IMG/VR virus record: IMGVR_UViG_3300017766_001517
Span: 1-42,242 of that record
Origin: a virus
Taxonomy: Duplodnaviria; Caudoviricetes
Length of the DNA: 42,242 nt
Reading direction: 5' to 3' (one strand)
This document shows, in pieces, positions 1 to 8,766 of the stretch (positions are counted from its first letter, which is position 1; the number at the start of each line of letters is the position of its first letter). The notes beneath the pieces were generated by a model. That model saw only the letters and a program-made list of their open reading frames with translations. It made no database searches and was not told the origin of the DNA. The translations under genes were made by a program, and so were the position numbers.

Positions 1-123
1 AGGCACCACTAACACGCACGGTGCATTTGTCCGTTCATTCCAGTATTTCCCGCTGTTCGGCACCGCTCCGCTGTCCGCCGAATTCACCGCAGGGCAATTC
101 ACGGCGGCACTAGTGACAAATGA
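1..123. repeat. 123-bp terminal direct repeat, left copy (circular assembly overlap)
   Basis: 1-123 (AGGCACCACT...GACAAATGA) is identical to 42120-42242 and lies inside a continuous ORF, so it is most likely an assembler overlap and not a biological terminal repeat. Confidence 0.95.
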
Positions 124-1138
124 CGTATGGCGCATGGGCCTTGGCTTACCTTCTGCTGCCGTTACTCCGCCGACTGATGGCGTGTGGCTGGAACTGACAT
201 CCGCAGGGCTGATCGGCACGATTTCATTTGGTGACGCTGCGGTATCTACTGGCGTAATGCGGACGATTGATTTATTTACCGTTGGTAGCCTGTATAAATT
301 CGCCATTGTCATCGGCGAGCGTTTTGTGGAATTCTGGCAGGATGATGTTCTGTTGGGCACAAAAGAAATACCCGCCGCAAACGGTCAGCCGTTTATCACC
401 ACAGCACTGCCGATATTCATGCAGAAATATAACGTCGGCAACGTATCGAACACGAACACGATGCGCGTATCCGATGTGACCGTAACACTGATGGACTTGC
501 AGACCGCGAGACCGTGGGCGCATCAAATGGCGGCATTGGGTCAACATGCAGCACAGGGTCAGAACGGCGGCACAATGGGCACCACTGCTCTTTTGCCAAA
601 CGCTACGGCGGCGACTACGGTTACTGGTGGTGCGCTGTCTCAGACCGTGGCAATTGCGACTGGCCTTGGCGGTCAGGCCGGTATTCAGGCGGCAGCCGCC
701 GGTGTTGATGGTTGTGTAACAGCGTTTCAGGTGCCCACTGGTGGCATCAATCAAACGCCGAGAAACTTGGTGATTACAGGTATTCGGATTGATTCAGTAA
801 ACATCGGAGCGGCAGTTGCAACAACCGCCAGTATCTTGCAATGGTCGCTGGCTTTCGGCGCAACTGGGCCCACAATCCCGTCTCTGGCGCAGTCTGAATC
901 CGCAACATTTACCACTGCGACCGCGAAGGCTTGGCGGCGAGTTCCTCTTGGTCTGCAATCATGGATTGTTGCGGCAGCTATCGGCGCATCCGCTGAAGCC
1001 ATTACCGTTAATTTTGATACGCCAATTGTCGTGCAGCCGGGTCAATGGGTCGCCGCAGTTGCTAAATTTATTGTAGGAACAGCGACCGCCTCTCAGGTTC
1101 TGTGGTGCACGGTCATGATTAACGGCTACTACGAGTAA
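1..1138 (+). CDS. 3' part of a ~498-aa beta-rich putative virion protein spanning the circular junction (starts at 41761)
   Basis: Frame from ATG 41761 runs without a stop through the overlap into the 113..1138 ORF; T/A/G/V-rich; lies in the late operon after the portal. Confidence 0.8.
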   Translation, partial: GTTNTHGAFVRSFQYFPLFGTAPLSAEFTAGQFTAALVTNDVWRMGLGLPSAAVTPPTDGVWLELTSAGLIGTISFGDAAVSTGVMRTIDLFTVGSLYKFAIVIGERFVEFWQDDVLLGTKEIPAANGQPFITTALPIFMQKYNVGNVSNTNTMRVSDVTVTLMDLQTARPWAHQMAALGQHAAQGQNGGTMGTTALLPNATAATTVTGGALSQTVAIATGLGGQAGIQAAAAGVDGCVTAFQVPTGGINQTPRNLVITGIRIDSVNIGAAVATTASILQWSLAFGATGPTIPSLAQSESATFTTATAKAWRRVPLGLQSWIVAAAIGASAEAITVNFDTPIVVQPGQWVAAVAKFIVGTATASQVLWCTVMINGYYE

Positions 1139-1146
1139 CGCAACCA

Positions 1147-1578
1147 ATGCCAGTCACCGGACAAACATCTTTTTTCGGAGCGCCATTTTTCTTCGGTGGA
1201 TTCTTCGCTGCCGATACTCCTCCGGTGCCGCCTGACGTTGAGATTGTCACTAGCGGCAAAGGCGACAATGGCACCGCACGGCGGCAGATATTCAAGCCAA
1301 CCGGCCTAATCGACCGGCCACGCAACACCCTAAAACTGCCGAAACGCGATGAAACGCCACAGCAGCCGATAACACCGAAGCTGGACGACATGCCGCCGCA
1401 AGTGGTCGATATGACCATGCGGCAGTTCGACGGCCTGACCGATGACGGCCTGCGCGTGATTACCGCCTACCAGATGACGAGCGCCGAGATGATTGCGGAA
1501 ATGCGTGCGTTACTGGCCAAGCAGATGCGGACGGACGAGGAAGAAGCGTTATTGGTCATTTTCATGGAGGCGATATGA
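1147..1578 (+). CDS. hypothetical protein, possible virion accessory
   Basis: 143-aa ORF coupled to neighbours; FFGG-rich N-terminus and acidic/hydrophobic C-terminus (DEEEALLV). Confidence 0.7.
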   Translation: MPVTGQTSFFGAPFFFGGFFAADTPPVPPDVEIVTSGKGDNGTARRQIFKPTGLIDRPRNTLKLPKRDETPQQPITPKLDDMPPQVVDMTMRQFDGLTDDGLRVITAYQMTSAEMIAEMRALLAKQMRTDEEEALLVIFMEAI

Positions 1579-1766
1579 CGCCAGAACGGGCGCAGGAGAT
1601 TTACATTGAGGGTGGCAATGTCGAATACCGTAAGCATCAAGCCGATTACACGCCGGTCAATCAGCATAAGGTGACGATGGCTGGATTTAAGGCGGTGATC
1701 GACGCGGTGACAAAAGAGGTCGATAACGGGTATGCGGAGAAACTGTTAAGCATGGGTGCCAAATGA
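1575..1766 (+). CDS. hypothetical protein
   Basis: 63 aa, GGAGG RBS, ATGA overlaps at both ends. Confidence 0.7.
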   Translation: MTPERAQEIYIEGGNVEYRKHQADYTPVNQHKVTMAGFKAVIDAVTKEVDNGYAEKLLSMGAK

Positions 1767-2419
1767 TTATGATTCACGGCTCAATCGCAGTGGATGACAT
1801 CAAGGTATTCGTGCCGCAGTCGCATCCGGCCCACAAATACTGGCTTGAGTGGTGTCAGGATTCATTTATGACACTTGTTTCGGATATGAACGAAGTCAGG
1901 CGCATGAATGGCGATTACCTATTTCTGATTTCATGCACTGAAATAGTGGCCGAAGATGTTCTCTCGCGCTATAAAAACTGCATCGTTATCCATGAATCAG
2001 ATTTGCCGAACGGTCGCGGCTGGAGTCCTCTGGCGTGGCAGATTCTGGAAGGCAGGAACGATATTATCGTCAGCGCCATTAAATGCGCCTATCCGGTGGA
2101 TAGCGGCGATATCATCAAGCAGGAAACGCTGCATCTTGACGGAACTGAATTGTCCGAAGAAATACACGAAAAGGCGTTTCGCGTAAAAAGTGAATTAGCG
2201 CTCTCCATTATTACCTCAAAGACGACTCATTCCGCAAAGCAATTTGGCGCACCGGGATATTACCGAAAGAGGAAGCCGGATGACAGCGAGTTATTCGCAG
2301 AAAAAACGATTGCCGAGCAGTTTGACTTGCTGCGGATATGTGAACCACGGTTTCCGGCGTTCATCAACCATCGCGGTAGCAGATACAAAATAACCATCGA
2401 AAAGGACTCCGCAAAATGA
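1763..2419 (+). CDS. formyltransferase (Fmt/ArnA-like, probable NDP-amino-sugar N-formyltransferase)
   Basis: HESDLPNGRGWSPL (HxSxLPxxRG) and VDSGDII motifs of the formyl_trans_N family; adjacent to a DegT aminotransferase. Confidence 0.85.
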   Translation: MIMIHGSIAVDDIKVFVPQSHPAHKYWLEWCQDSFMTLVSDMNEVRRMNGDYLFLISCTEIVAEDVLSRYKNCIVIHESDLPNGRGWSPLAWQILEGRNDIIVSAIKCAYPVDSGDIIKQETLHLDGTELSEEIHEKAFRVKSELALSIITSKTTHSAKQFGAPGYYRKRKPDDSELFAEKTIAEQFDLLRICEPRFPAFINHRGSRYKITIEKDSAK

Positions 2420-3063
2420 CCGCTAGATCATACGGTATCGTTTCTGACTTCGAGGCGCGTGTTTCGGAGTTCTGCGGTTCGCGGTTTGCAGTCGCCGTCG
2501 AGAGTTGCACATCCGCTCTATTTTTATCTCTGACCTATGTTAAGGAGCAGCATGTCCACGGTGGCCGCATAGACATACCGAGGAAAACATATATTAGCGT
2601 CCCGATGGCCGCACTCCATGCGGGGTTCGATGTGCGATTTGTGGATATGGCATGGACTGGTGAATACCCGTTATTGCCGACGACGGTAATTGATGCCGCC
2701 AAGCGATTCAGAAAGGGCATGTTTAACGGCGGATTCCAGTGCCTATCGTTTCACCTGAAAAAGAATATCCCAATCGGCAGGGGCGGCATGATTCTGCTGG
2801 ACGACAAACCGGCGTATGAGGCACTAAAAAAAATGCGCTACGACGGACGCAGCGGGAAGCCTTACGATCAGGAGGTCGTGGAATCACTTGGCTGGAATAT
2901 GTATATGACACCAGACCAAGCGGCGCGAGGCATGATGCTGATGGATACGATGCCATCAGCCGATGGATTCGCAGACCAGACCGAGGATTACCCGGACTTA
3001 CTGATACATCCGGTTTTCAATAACAGCACTCGCGTATCCGTTCAACAAAAAGAGGCGGCATAG
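2416..3063 (+). CDS. DegT/DnrJ/EryC1/StrS-family PLP aminotransferase (short form)
   Basis: FAVAVESCTSALFLSL, IDAA and SFHLKKNIPIGRGGMIL (PLP lysine), GWNMYM motifs. Confidence 0.9.
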   Translation: MTARSYGIVSDFEARVSEFCGSRFAVAVESCTSALFLSLTYVKEQHVHGGRIDIPRKTYISVPMAALHAGFDVRFVDMAWTGEYPLLPTTVIDAAKRFRKGMFNGGFQCLSFHLKKNIPIGRGGMILLDDKPAYEALKKMRYDGRSGKPYDQEVVESLGWNMYMTPDQAARGMMLMDTMPSADGFADQTEDYPDLLIHPVFNNSTRVSVQQKEAA

Positions 3064-3599
3064 TGGCGGCATCAAAACGCGCCTCTGAGTTGCTTGCGCG
3101 ATTGCCAATCGGCCCGGTAATCGGCGCTGAACTTGGCATCTGGAAAGGCAAAATGTCCGAGTTTTTACTGAAACGTGAGGATTTGACGCTCTACATGGTC
3201 GATAGCTGGCTGGCGGTCAAAGGGCTTGAGGATAGGGGATTTACCGAGGATGAGCAGGCGAGAAACCGATTGGACGCGCTGCGCCGGACTGACTTCGCCA
3301 ATGACCGCCGCATTGTGATGCACATGGATTCCGAGGTTGCGGCGCTGACCATGCCGGAGGAATCACTGGACTTCGTGTTTATCGACGCCGACCATTCCTA
3401 CGGTGGCGTTAAAAAAGACATTCGCGTATGGCTGCCGAAATTGAAGCGCGGCGCATTGCTGTCTGGCCACGATTACGACAACCCGAACGAACGCAACGGG
3501 CGCGAGGTCAAGCGGGCGGTTGATGAGGCCGTAGCCGAAAACGGATGGCGTTTGAAGATTGGCGCGGACTCGACTTGGTTTGTAAGGATGCCGCTGTGA
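3063..3599 (+). CDS. class I SAM-dependent methyltransferase (Methyltransf_24-like)
   Basis: AELGIWKG motif I, DFVFIDADHSY, LSGHDY. Confidence 0.9.
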   Translation: MAASKRASELLARLPIGPVIGAELGIWKGKMSEFLLKREDLTLYMVDSWLAVKGLEDRGFTEDEQARNRLDALRRTDFANDRRIVMHMDSEVAALTMPEESLDFVFIDADHSYGGVKKDIRVWLPKLKRGALLSGHDYDNPNERNGREVKRAVDEAVAENGWRLKIGADSTWFVRMPL

Positions 3600-4324
3600 T
3601 AAAAATCCCAGTTCGCGTATCGCCGGACTTGTCGCCGCTGCTGGCTTACGAGATGGTCAAGTCCGTAGATCGGCACATGGACAATATCGAGTTAATCCAT
3701 GTGACCGACGCGCCGTGCGAAAAACTCGCGGGCTTCGATAGTCAGATGATCGTCCGACACGAAAGAGATTACGTTGACCAATTGCTGACGACGCTATGCG
3801 AGATTGACGGCCATGTGCTGTCACTGGATTACGATATTTTGATGAAAGATGATGTTTCCGAGATATTCAATCTGGACTTCGACGCCTGCTTTACGAGTCG
3901 CCAGCAGAACATTGGGCGGCACCATAAGTTAAGCCAGTCCTACAACATGGGCGTTGTATTCAGCAAAAACTCTGATTTCTGGAAAGAGGTGCGCCAGATT
4001 TACCGTGCGCAGCCGTTACGCGATGGCTGGATGAACAGTCAAACACTGGTCACGATGATTGCCTGCTCTCTGGGCAAAAAATACAAGGTCATGGAGATAC
4101 CCGGGGAAATTTACAATTTCTCGCCGGATACCGAAGGCGACGACCTGACTGGCCGGAAAATCGTGCATTACAAGGGTCGCAGAAAGCCGTGGATGTTGCC
4201 GCCGGAGTTGCGCCATGAGGTAGATGGCAACGTGGCAAAGGTCGTGGATTTGATGAAACGCAGGACAGCGTTACCCGCCGCCGGGGTTCGGGCGGAAGCA
4301 GGTATTGCAGAAAAAGGACGATAA
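3596..4324 (+). CDS. GT-A fold glycosyltransferase (GT8-like / nucleotide-diphospho-sugar transferase)
   Basis: LDYDIL DxD motif, YNMGVVF, YNF, IVHYKGRRKPWM; likely start is GTG 3596 overlapping the upstream TGA. Confidence 0.8.
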   Translation: MIKIPVRVSPDLSPLLAYEMVKSVDRHMDNIELIHVTDAPCEKLAGFDSQMIVRHERDYVDQLLTTLCEIDGHVLSLDYDILMKDDVSEIFNLDFDACFTSRQQNIGRHHKLSQSYNMGVVFSKNSDFWKEVRQIYRAQPLRDGWMNSQTLVTMIACSLGKKYKVMEIPGEIYNFSPDTEGDDLTGRKIVHYKGRRKPWMLPPELRHEVDGNVAKVVDLMKRRTALPAAGVRAEAGIAEKGR

Positions 4325-4326
4325 TC

Positions 4327-5301
4327 ATGGCAGAGCAAATGGAAATCACCCCGCTGAACGATATTTTGGGCGGCAGCAAGCCCGACGGTTCACCCCGCGA
4401 GAATGACCCAGTTGCGCGGCAGCAGGCGGAACGGAACACCGAGGTCAAGGTTCCGGTTGAGACTGAGCCGGTTGCTAAGGAACCGGTGGCTGCCGCTGAA
4501 CCGACAGTCGAGCGCAGCACCAGCCGCCGCAAGCAGCACCAGCAGAAAGAGCGCGATACCCGCGAGGCCGCAGAGGTCCGTGTGCGCGACGAGAATGGCA
4601 GGTATGTGGCGAAAGAGACTTTGGAGGCCAAACCAGCCGAGGCGACACCAGCAACCTCTGCACCAGCGGCCTCCGCCACGGAACCAGCCACAGCAACGCC
4701 CGCAGCCGCTCAACCCGCCAACAATCAGGAATTCACCCCCAAGGAACGGGCATTTCTTGCTGCCGCCCAAGAGGAACGCCGCAAACGGCAGGCGATGGAG
4801 CAGGAACTTGCTGCACTGCGCCAGAATAAGCCAGCAGAACCCGCCAAAACGTTCTGGGACGACCCGGAAGCCGCACTTAAGCAGCACGAGACGCAGACGC
4901 GTCAGATCGTCCTACAAACGCGCCTAGACACTTCGGAGGCCATCGCCCGCCAGCGATACCCGGATTTCGACGCCAACGTGGAGGAATTCGGCACATTGAT
5001 GCAAACGGTTCCGGGCGTCCGCGATCAGTGGCTGGCAGCAGCAGACCCGGCAGAATTCGCCTACCAAGTCGGCAAGCGGCAGAAAGAACTGAAAAGCATT
5101 GGCAATATCGAGGAATACCGGCAGCGCGTGGCCTCCGAGGAACGCGCCAAGATTGAGGCGGAATTCAAGGCAAAAGAGGCCGACCGGCAAAAACTGGCCG
5201 CTGACTTGCCGGGGAGTTTGTCGGATGTTCGCAGCACTTCGACGCCAGCGCGGGCGGTGTTTACTGGGCCGACGCCGCTGGATGCGATTTTGAGAGGTTG
5301 A
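4327..5301 (+). CDS. capsid scaffolding protein
   Basis: A/E/P-rich N-terminus, RDENGRY motif, coiled-coil, directly upstream of the major capsid gene. Confidence 0.8.
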   Translation: MAEQMEITPLNDILGGSKPDGSPRENDPVARQQAERNTEVKVPVETEPVAKEPVAAAEPTVERSTSRRKQHQQKERDTREAAEVRVRDENGRYVAKETLEAKPAEATPATSAPAASATEPATATPAAAQPANNQEFTPKERAFLAAAQEERRKRQAMEQELAALRQNKPAEPAKTFWDDPEAALKQHETQTRQIVLQTRLDTSEAIARQRYPDFDANVEEFGTLMQTVPGVRDQWLAAADPAEFAYQVGKRQKELKSIGNIEEYRQRVASEERAKIEAEFKAKEADRQKLAADLPGSLSDVRSTSTPARAVFTGPTPLDAILRG

Positions 5302-5326
5302 CGCCTTGCTGGAATAGGCGTATATG
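5298..5326 (+). promoter_or_regulatory. possible sigma70-like promoter for the capsid gene
   Basis: TTGACG-17 bp-TATATG; -10 is imperfect. Confidence 0.4.
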
Positions 5327-5530
5327 CTGTTTGTAAGTTAGCACTCACTCACGATGCGAAGCGCAGTGATTGCGGAGGTCGCCACTCTGAGGGCGATGTT
5401 TCAGGTAACGGTTTTACCGCAACAGCCCCACCTAGTTTTACTGCCGCCAAGTTAAGGGCGAATGTTCTCCGCCGCCGGAATCACGGGCGAAATCGAGAAA
5501 TTCCCCTATTAACTTTTTGGAGTAAAAACT

Positions 5531-6619
5531 ATGTCGCAAACATATGCCGCGACCGGACTTACCCCCCAGATTTGGGATAATGACTTCTTCACCGACTACG
5601 TCCGCTCCTCGCGCTACAAGCGCTACATGGGCACGGACGAAGCCGCAATTTTCCAACTCAAAGATGACCTGACGAAGAAGAAGGGCGATACCGTCACCTT
5701 CGCGCTGGTCAACGAACTCACCGGCAACGGTGTCACCGGCAACTCGACGCTGAAAGGCAACGAGGAACGACTTAACTCCCGCTCACACGCGATTACGGTT
5801 GACGTTCTGCGTCATGCCGTGGCCGTCGATGACTGGGATGTGCAGAAATCGGTTATCGAACTACGCGACGCGGCAAAAGTCCAGCTTCGTCAGTGGGCGC
5901 AAAAGAAACTGCGTGATGACTGCACGAACGCGCTGGGCCAGATTGACGGCGTGAATTACAGCGTCTCGACTGCCGCGCAACGCAATACCTGGTGGGCCAA
6001 CAACGCTGACCGCGTTCTGGCCGGAACCGTTGCCAACTACGCGGGTGCCGTGTTCGCCACGGACATTGCAAAAATCGGCAACGAACTGACGCCGAATTCG
6101 CTGTCACTCATGAAGCGTCTTGCTCAGTCCGCATCGCCGAAAGTCAAGCCGGTGTATGTCAAGGAAATGGATCAGGAATGGTATGTCGCCTTCGTTGGCC
6201 CGCGCTGCTGGCGCGATCTGACCGAGGACAATCCGACCACGAACGTCCTGACCTTGGCAAACCGTGACGCCCGCATCCGTGGCGTGGATAACCCACTCTT
6301 TACCGGCGACTCGCTGGTGTGGGATGGCATGATTATCCGCGAAATCCCGGAAATCACTACGCTGGGCGATATCTCCGGTTCTGCTGGTGTTGCGATTGAG
6401 CCGGTGTATCTGTGTGGCGCACAGGCCGTTGGTCTGGGCTGGGCGCAACGCACCAAGAGCACGACGGATACTGACGACTATGAGTTCCTTCATGGCGTCG
6501 GTGTGCAGGAAATCCGCCGTATCGAGAAACTTCGCTTCGGCACCGCGCCGGGGGCTGACACGACCACGCCGAAAGATCATGGCATCGTGACTGGCTTCTT
6601 CGCTGCGGTCGCTGACTAA
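5531..6619 (+). CDS. major capsid protein (N4-gp56/DUF4043 type)
   Basis: DLTKKKGDTVTF...GNEE...LRHAV and LFTG..WDG..IRE, CGAQA motifs; GGAG RBS; position after scaffold. Confidence 0.9.
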   Translation: MSQTYAATGLTPQIWDNDFFTDYVRSSRYKRYMGTDEAAIFQLKDDLTKKKGDTVTFALVNELTGNGVTGNSTLKGNEERLNSRSHAITVDVLRHAVAVDDWDVQKSVIELRDAAKVQLRQWAQKKLRDDCTNALGQIDGVNYSVSTAAQRNTWWANNADRVLAGTVANYAGAVFATDIAKIGNELTPNSLSLMKRLAQSASPKVKPVYVKEMDQEWYVAFVGPRCWRDLTEDNPTTNVLTLANRDARIRGVDNPLFTGDSLVWDGMIIREIPEITTLGDISGSAGVAIEPVYLCGAQAVGLGWAQRTKSTTDTDDYEFLHGVGVQEIRRIEKLRFGTAPGADTTTPKDHGIVTGFFAAVAD

Positions 6620-6632
6620 AGGAGGCTGAAAA

Positions 6633-7043
6633 ATGGCTACCAAAACCGCAAGTAAAGCCGCTCTCGGCGTCCAACCGAAGGGGCTGTCCGTTGGCCTCGT
6701 TGCAGTAACGTCCATCTACTCGCTGACGAATTCACTGTCGGCGGGCGATGTGATTCAGATGGTGAAGGTGCCGAAGGGTGCGACGCCGGTTTATGTGGCG
6801 CTGTCCTACCCGGCGGCTGGTGCAAACGTGGGTAATGCGCGTGTCGGTGACGGCGTTTCTGCTGCACGATACATCACAGGCTATGCGTATTCATCGACTG
6901 GCGTTCAAGCGGTGATTAATACCGCCTACGTGCCTTACACCTACAGCGTTGACGACACTATCGACATTACGCTCTTGTCGGTATCGGTTGCCTCCGTTGA
7001 GGGTTCGTTTGTGCTTACGGCCATCTTTGCGATGGATACCTGA
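6633..7043 (+). CDS. capsid decoration/cement protein
   Basis: 136-aa beta-rich, S/T/V-rich, AGDVIQMVKVPKGA motif, strong AAAGGAGG RBS right after MCP and before a terminator. Confidence 0.7.
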   Translation: MATKTASKAALGVQPKGLSVGLVAVTSIYSLTNSLSAGDVIQMVKVPKGATPVYVALSYPAAGANVGNARVGDGVSAARYITGYAYSSTGVQAVINTAYVPYTYSVDDTIDITLLSVSVASVEGSFVLTAIFAMDT

Positions 7044-7073
7044 TGCTGGCTTGTTTCTTCGTTGCTTGATTTG

Positions 7074-7106
7074 ACGGACAGCTCCGTAAAGGGGCTGTCC
7101 GTTTTT
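7074..7106 (+). terminator. Rho-independent terminator after capsid/decoration genes
   Basis: 12-bp stem ACGGACAGCTCC/GGGGCTGTCCGT, loop GTAAA, short T tract (may be leaky). Confidence 0.75.
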
Positions 7107-7132
7107 CCGATAAAGAAAGGAACGTCAGAACG

Positions 7133-8539
7133 ATGTCACAGCAAACTCAGGCCGTAGAAACGCAAGGCTCCGATGTATTCCGGCAGGCAAATATGTTGCA
7201 ACTGGAAGGTAAATATGCAGAGGCCGAGGAGATTTACGACCAGATTTTGAGCCAGAACCCGGAAAATCACGGGCTGTTGGCGACGATTGGAACGCTGTAT
7301 CTGTCGATGGGCAAGCCTGGATTGGCTGTGTGCTTCCTGCTTCGTGCCATTGAAAACAAGATTTATAAAGAGCCTGCGGTTTATTCAAACCTCGGGCTGG
7401 CTTACAAGCACTCCGGCCAAATTGACAAGGCCATGAAATATCTCGAAAAGGCCGCGACCATGAAGGGCGCGACTGCCGAGACGATGACGAGTTATGGTTC
7501 CATGTTCATCGAAAATGGCGACACCGCAAAGCCGATTGAGTTATTCGACAAGGCACTGAAACTGAACCCGAAACTGGCTTTGGCACACTGGAACAAGTCA
7601 TTGTGCCTGCTGCTGGATGGTCAGTGGGATACCGCGTGGGATGAATACGAGCATGGGTATGCCGCCAGGCAGCGCGTTGACCGTGCATACGGTGATATTC
7701 CGGTCTGGAATGGCGAAAAAGGCAAAACTGTCTGGGTCTACGGTGAGCAGGGCATTGGCGATGAAATCATGTTCGCGTCCATGCTGCCGGACTTAATGAA
7801 GGACTGCACCGTTATTCTGGAGTGCCACACACGACTGAAAACGCTGTTTGAGGAGTCATTCGGCGTTACCTGTTACGGCACCCGCGAGGACTCCGTGATT
7901 ACGTGGCCCGCAGACCACAAGATTGACGCCCGTATTAGTATCGGGTCGCTTGGCAAGTTTTACCGCCGGAGTGCCGAGGCATTCCCCGGAACGCCGTATA
8001 TCAAGGCGGATGCGTCATTGCCGCGTGGCAAGAAACTCCGCGTCGGCATCTCATGGACTGGCGGCATGAAAGCCGGTCGCGTCCGCAAGCGCACCGTGCC
8101 GCTGTCCTGGTGGGCGACGATTCTCAACAATGACTGCGAATTCGTGTCGCTGCAATACACGGAATGCGCCGAGGAAATCGCGCTGATGGAGGGTAAGGGC
8201 TACACCATCGAGCAGCGTCCAGAGGTAAAGGCGCACGATTACATGGAAACGGCTCGGCTGGTTAAATCCTGCGATTTAGTCATTTCTGTATGCACATCGG
8301 TCATTCACTTGGCTGGTGCGCTGGGTGTGCCATGCTGGGTGCTGACGCCGAAAAATCCGGCGTGGCGGTATAAAAACACCGGGCCGATGGTCTGGTATCG
8401 CAGCGTCCGACTGTATCGGCAACCGGCTGCGGAGGTTGGCGCGTGGATACCCGTTGTGGAGCGCGTAGGGCTTGATCTGAGCGATATGGTGGCCGCTCGA
8501 CAACCGAAGGAACTATCGAAGGAATTGGAGGCCGCATGA
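7133..8539 (+). CDS. TPR-repeat + GT-B (GT9-like) glycosyltransferase
   Basis: N-terminal TPRs (YSNLGLAY, LAHWNKSL), then GEQGIGDEIMF, VGISWTGG, FVSLQY, DLVISVCTSVIHLAGALGVPCW. Confidence 0.88.
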   Translation: MSQQTQAVETQGSDVFRQANMLQLEGKYAEAEEIYDQILSQNPENHGLLATIGTLYLSMGKPGLAVCFLLRAIENKIYKEPAVYSNLGLAYKHSGQIDKAMKYLEKAATMKGATAETMTSYGSMFIENGDTAKPIELFDKALKLNPKLALAHWNKSLCLLLDGQWDTAWDEYEHGYAARQRVDRAYGDIPVWNGEKGKTVWVYGEQGIGDEIMFASMLPDLMKDCTVILECHTRLKTLFEESFGVTCYGTREDSVITWPADHKIDARISIGSLGKFYRRSAEAFPGTPYIKADASLPRGKKLRVGISWTGGMKAGRVRKRTVPLSWWATILNNDCEFVSLQYTECAEEIALMEGKGYTIEQRPEVKAHDYMETARLVKSCDLVISVCTSVIHLAGALGVPCWVLTPKNPAWRYKNTGPMVWYRSVRLYRQPAAEVGAWIPVVERVGLDLSDMVAARQPKELSKELEAA

Positions 8540-8766
8540 AATTCAAGCTGAAAACGAATGATTATCGTGAGTATCGTGGCTACGTATTCGCATGGGGTAA
8601 GGCGACTGAAATCCGCGACCGTGGCACGATTGAGGCGCTGACCGGGCATCCTGACTTTGAGGAAGTCCGAGATGAACTGGCAAATGGCCATGACGTAGCG
8701 GCAGTGTCGAATACGCTGAAACTGCCGAAACGCGCAGTCAAGAAACGTGACGAGGCGGTATTGTGA
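8536..8766 (+). CDS. hypothetical protein
   Basis: 76 aa, GGAGG RBS, overlapping start and stop with neighbours. Confidence 0.7.
   Translation: MKFKLKTNDYREYRGYVFAWGKATEIRDRGTIEALTGHPDFEEVRDELANGHDVAAVSNTLKLPKRAVKKRDEAVL

Noticed and set aside
1-123. Terminal repeat as a biological DTR
   Set aside because: It falls mid-ORF, far from the terminase region, and is best explained as an assembly overlap of a circular or permuted genome
1763-4324. DNA hypermodification as the role of the sugar genes
   Set aside because: Not excluded but disfavoured: no base hydroxymethylase, TET/JBP or phage DNA polymerase is seen, and the genes lie in the head operon and not the replication arm
5338-5364. CIRCE (HrcA) element suggested by TTAGCACTC here and at 35231
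   Set aside because: The second half-site GAGTGCTAA at N9 spacing is missing in both places
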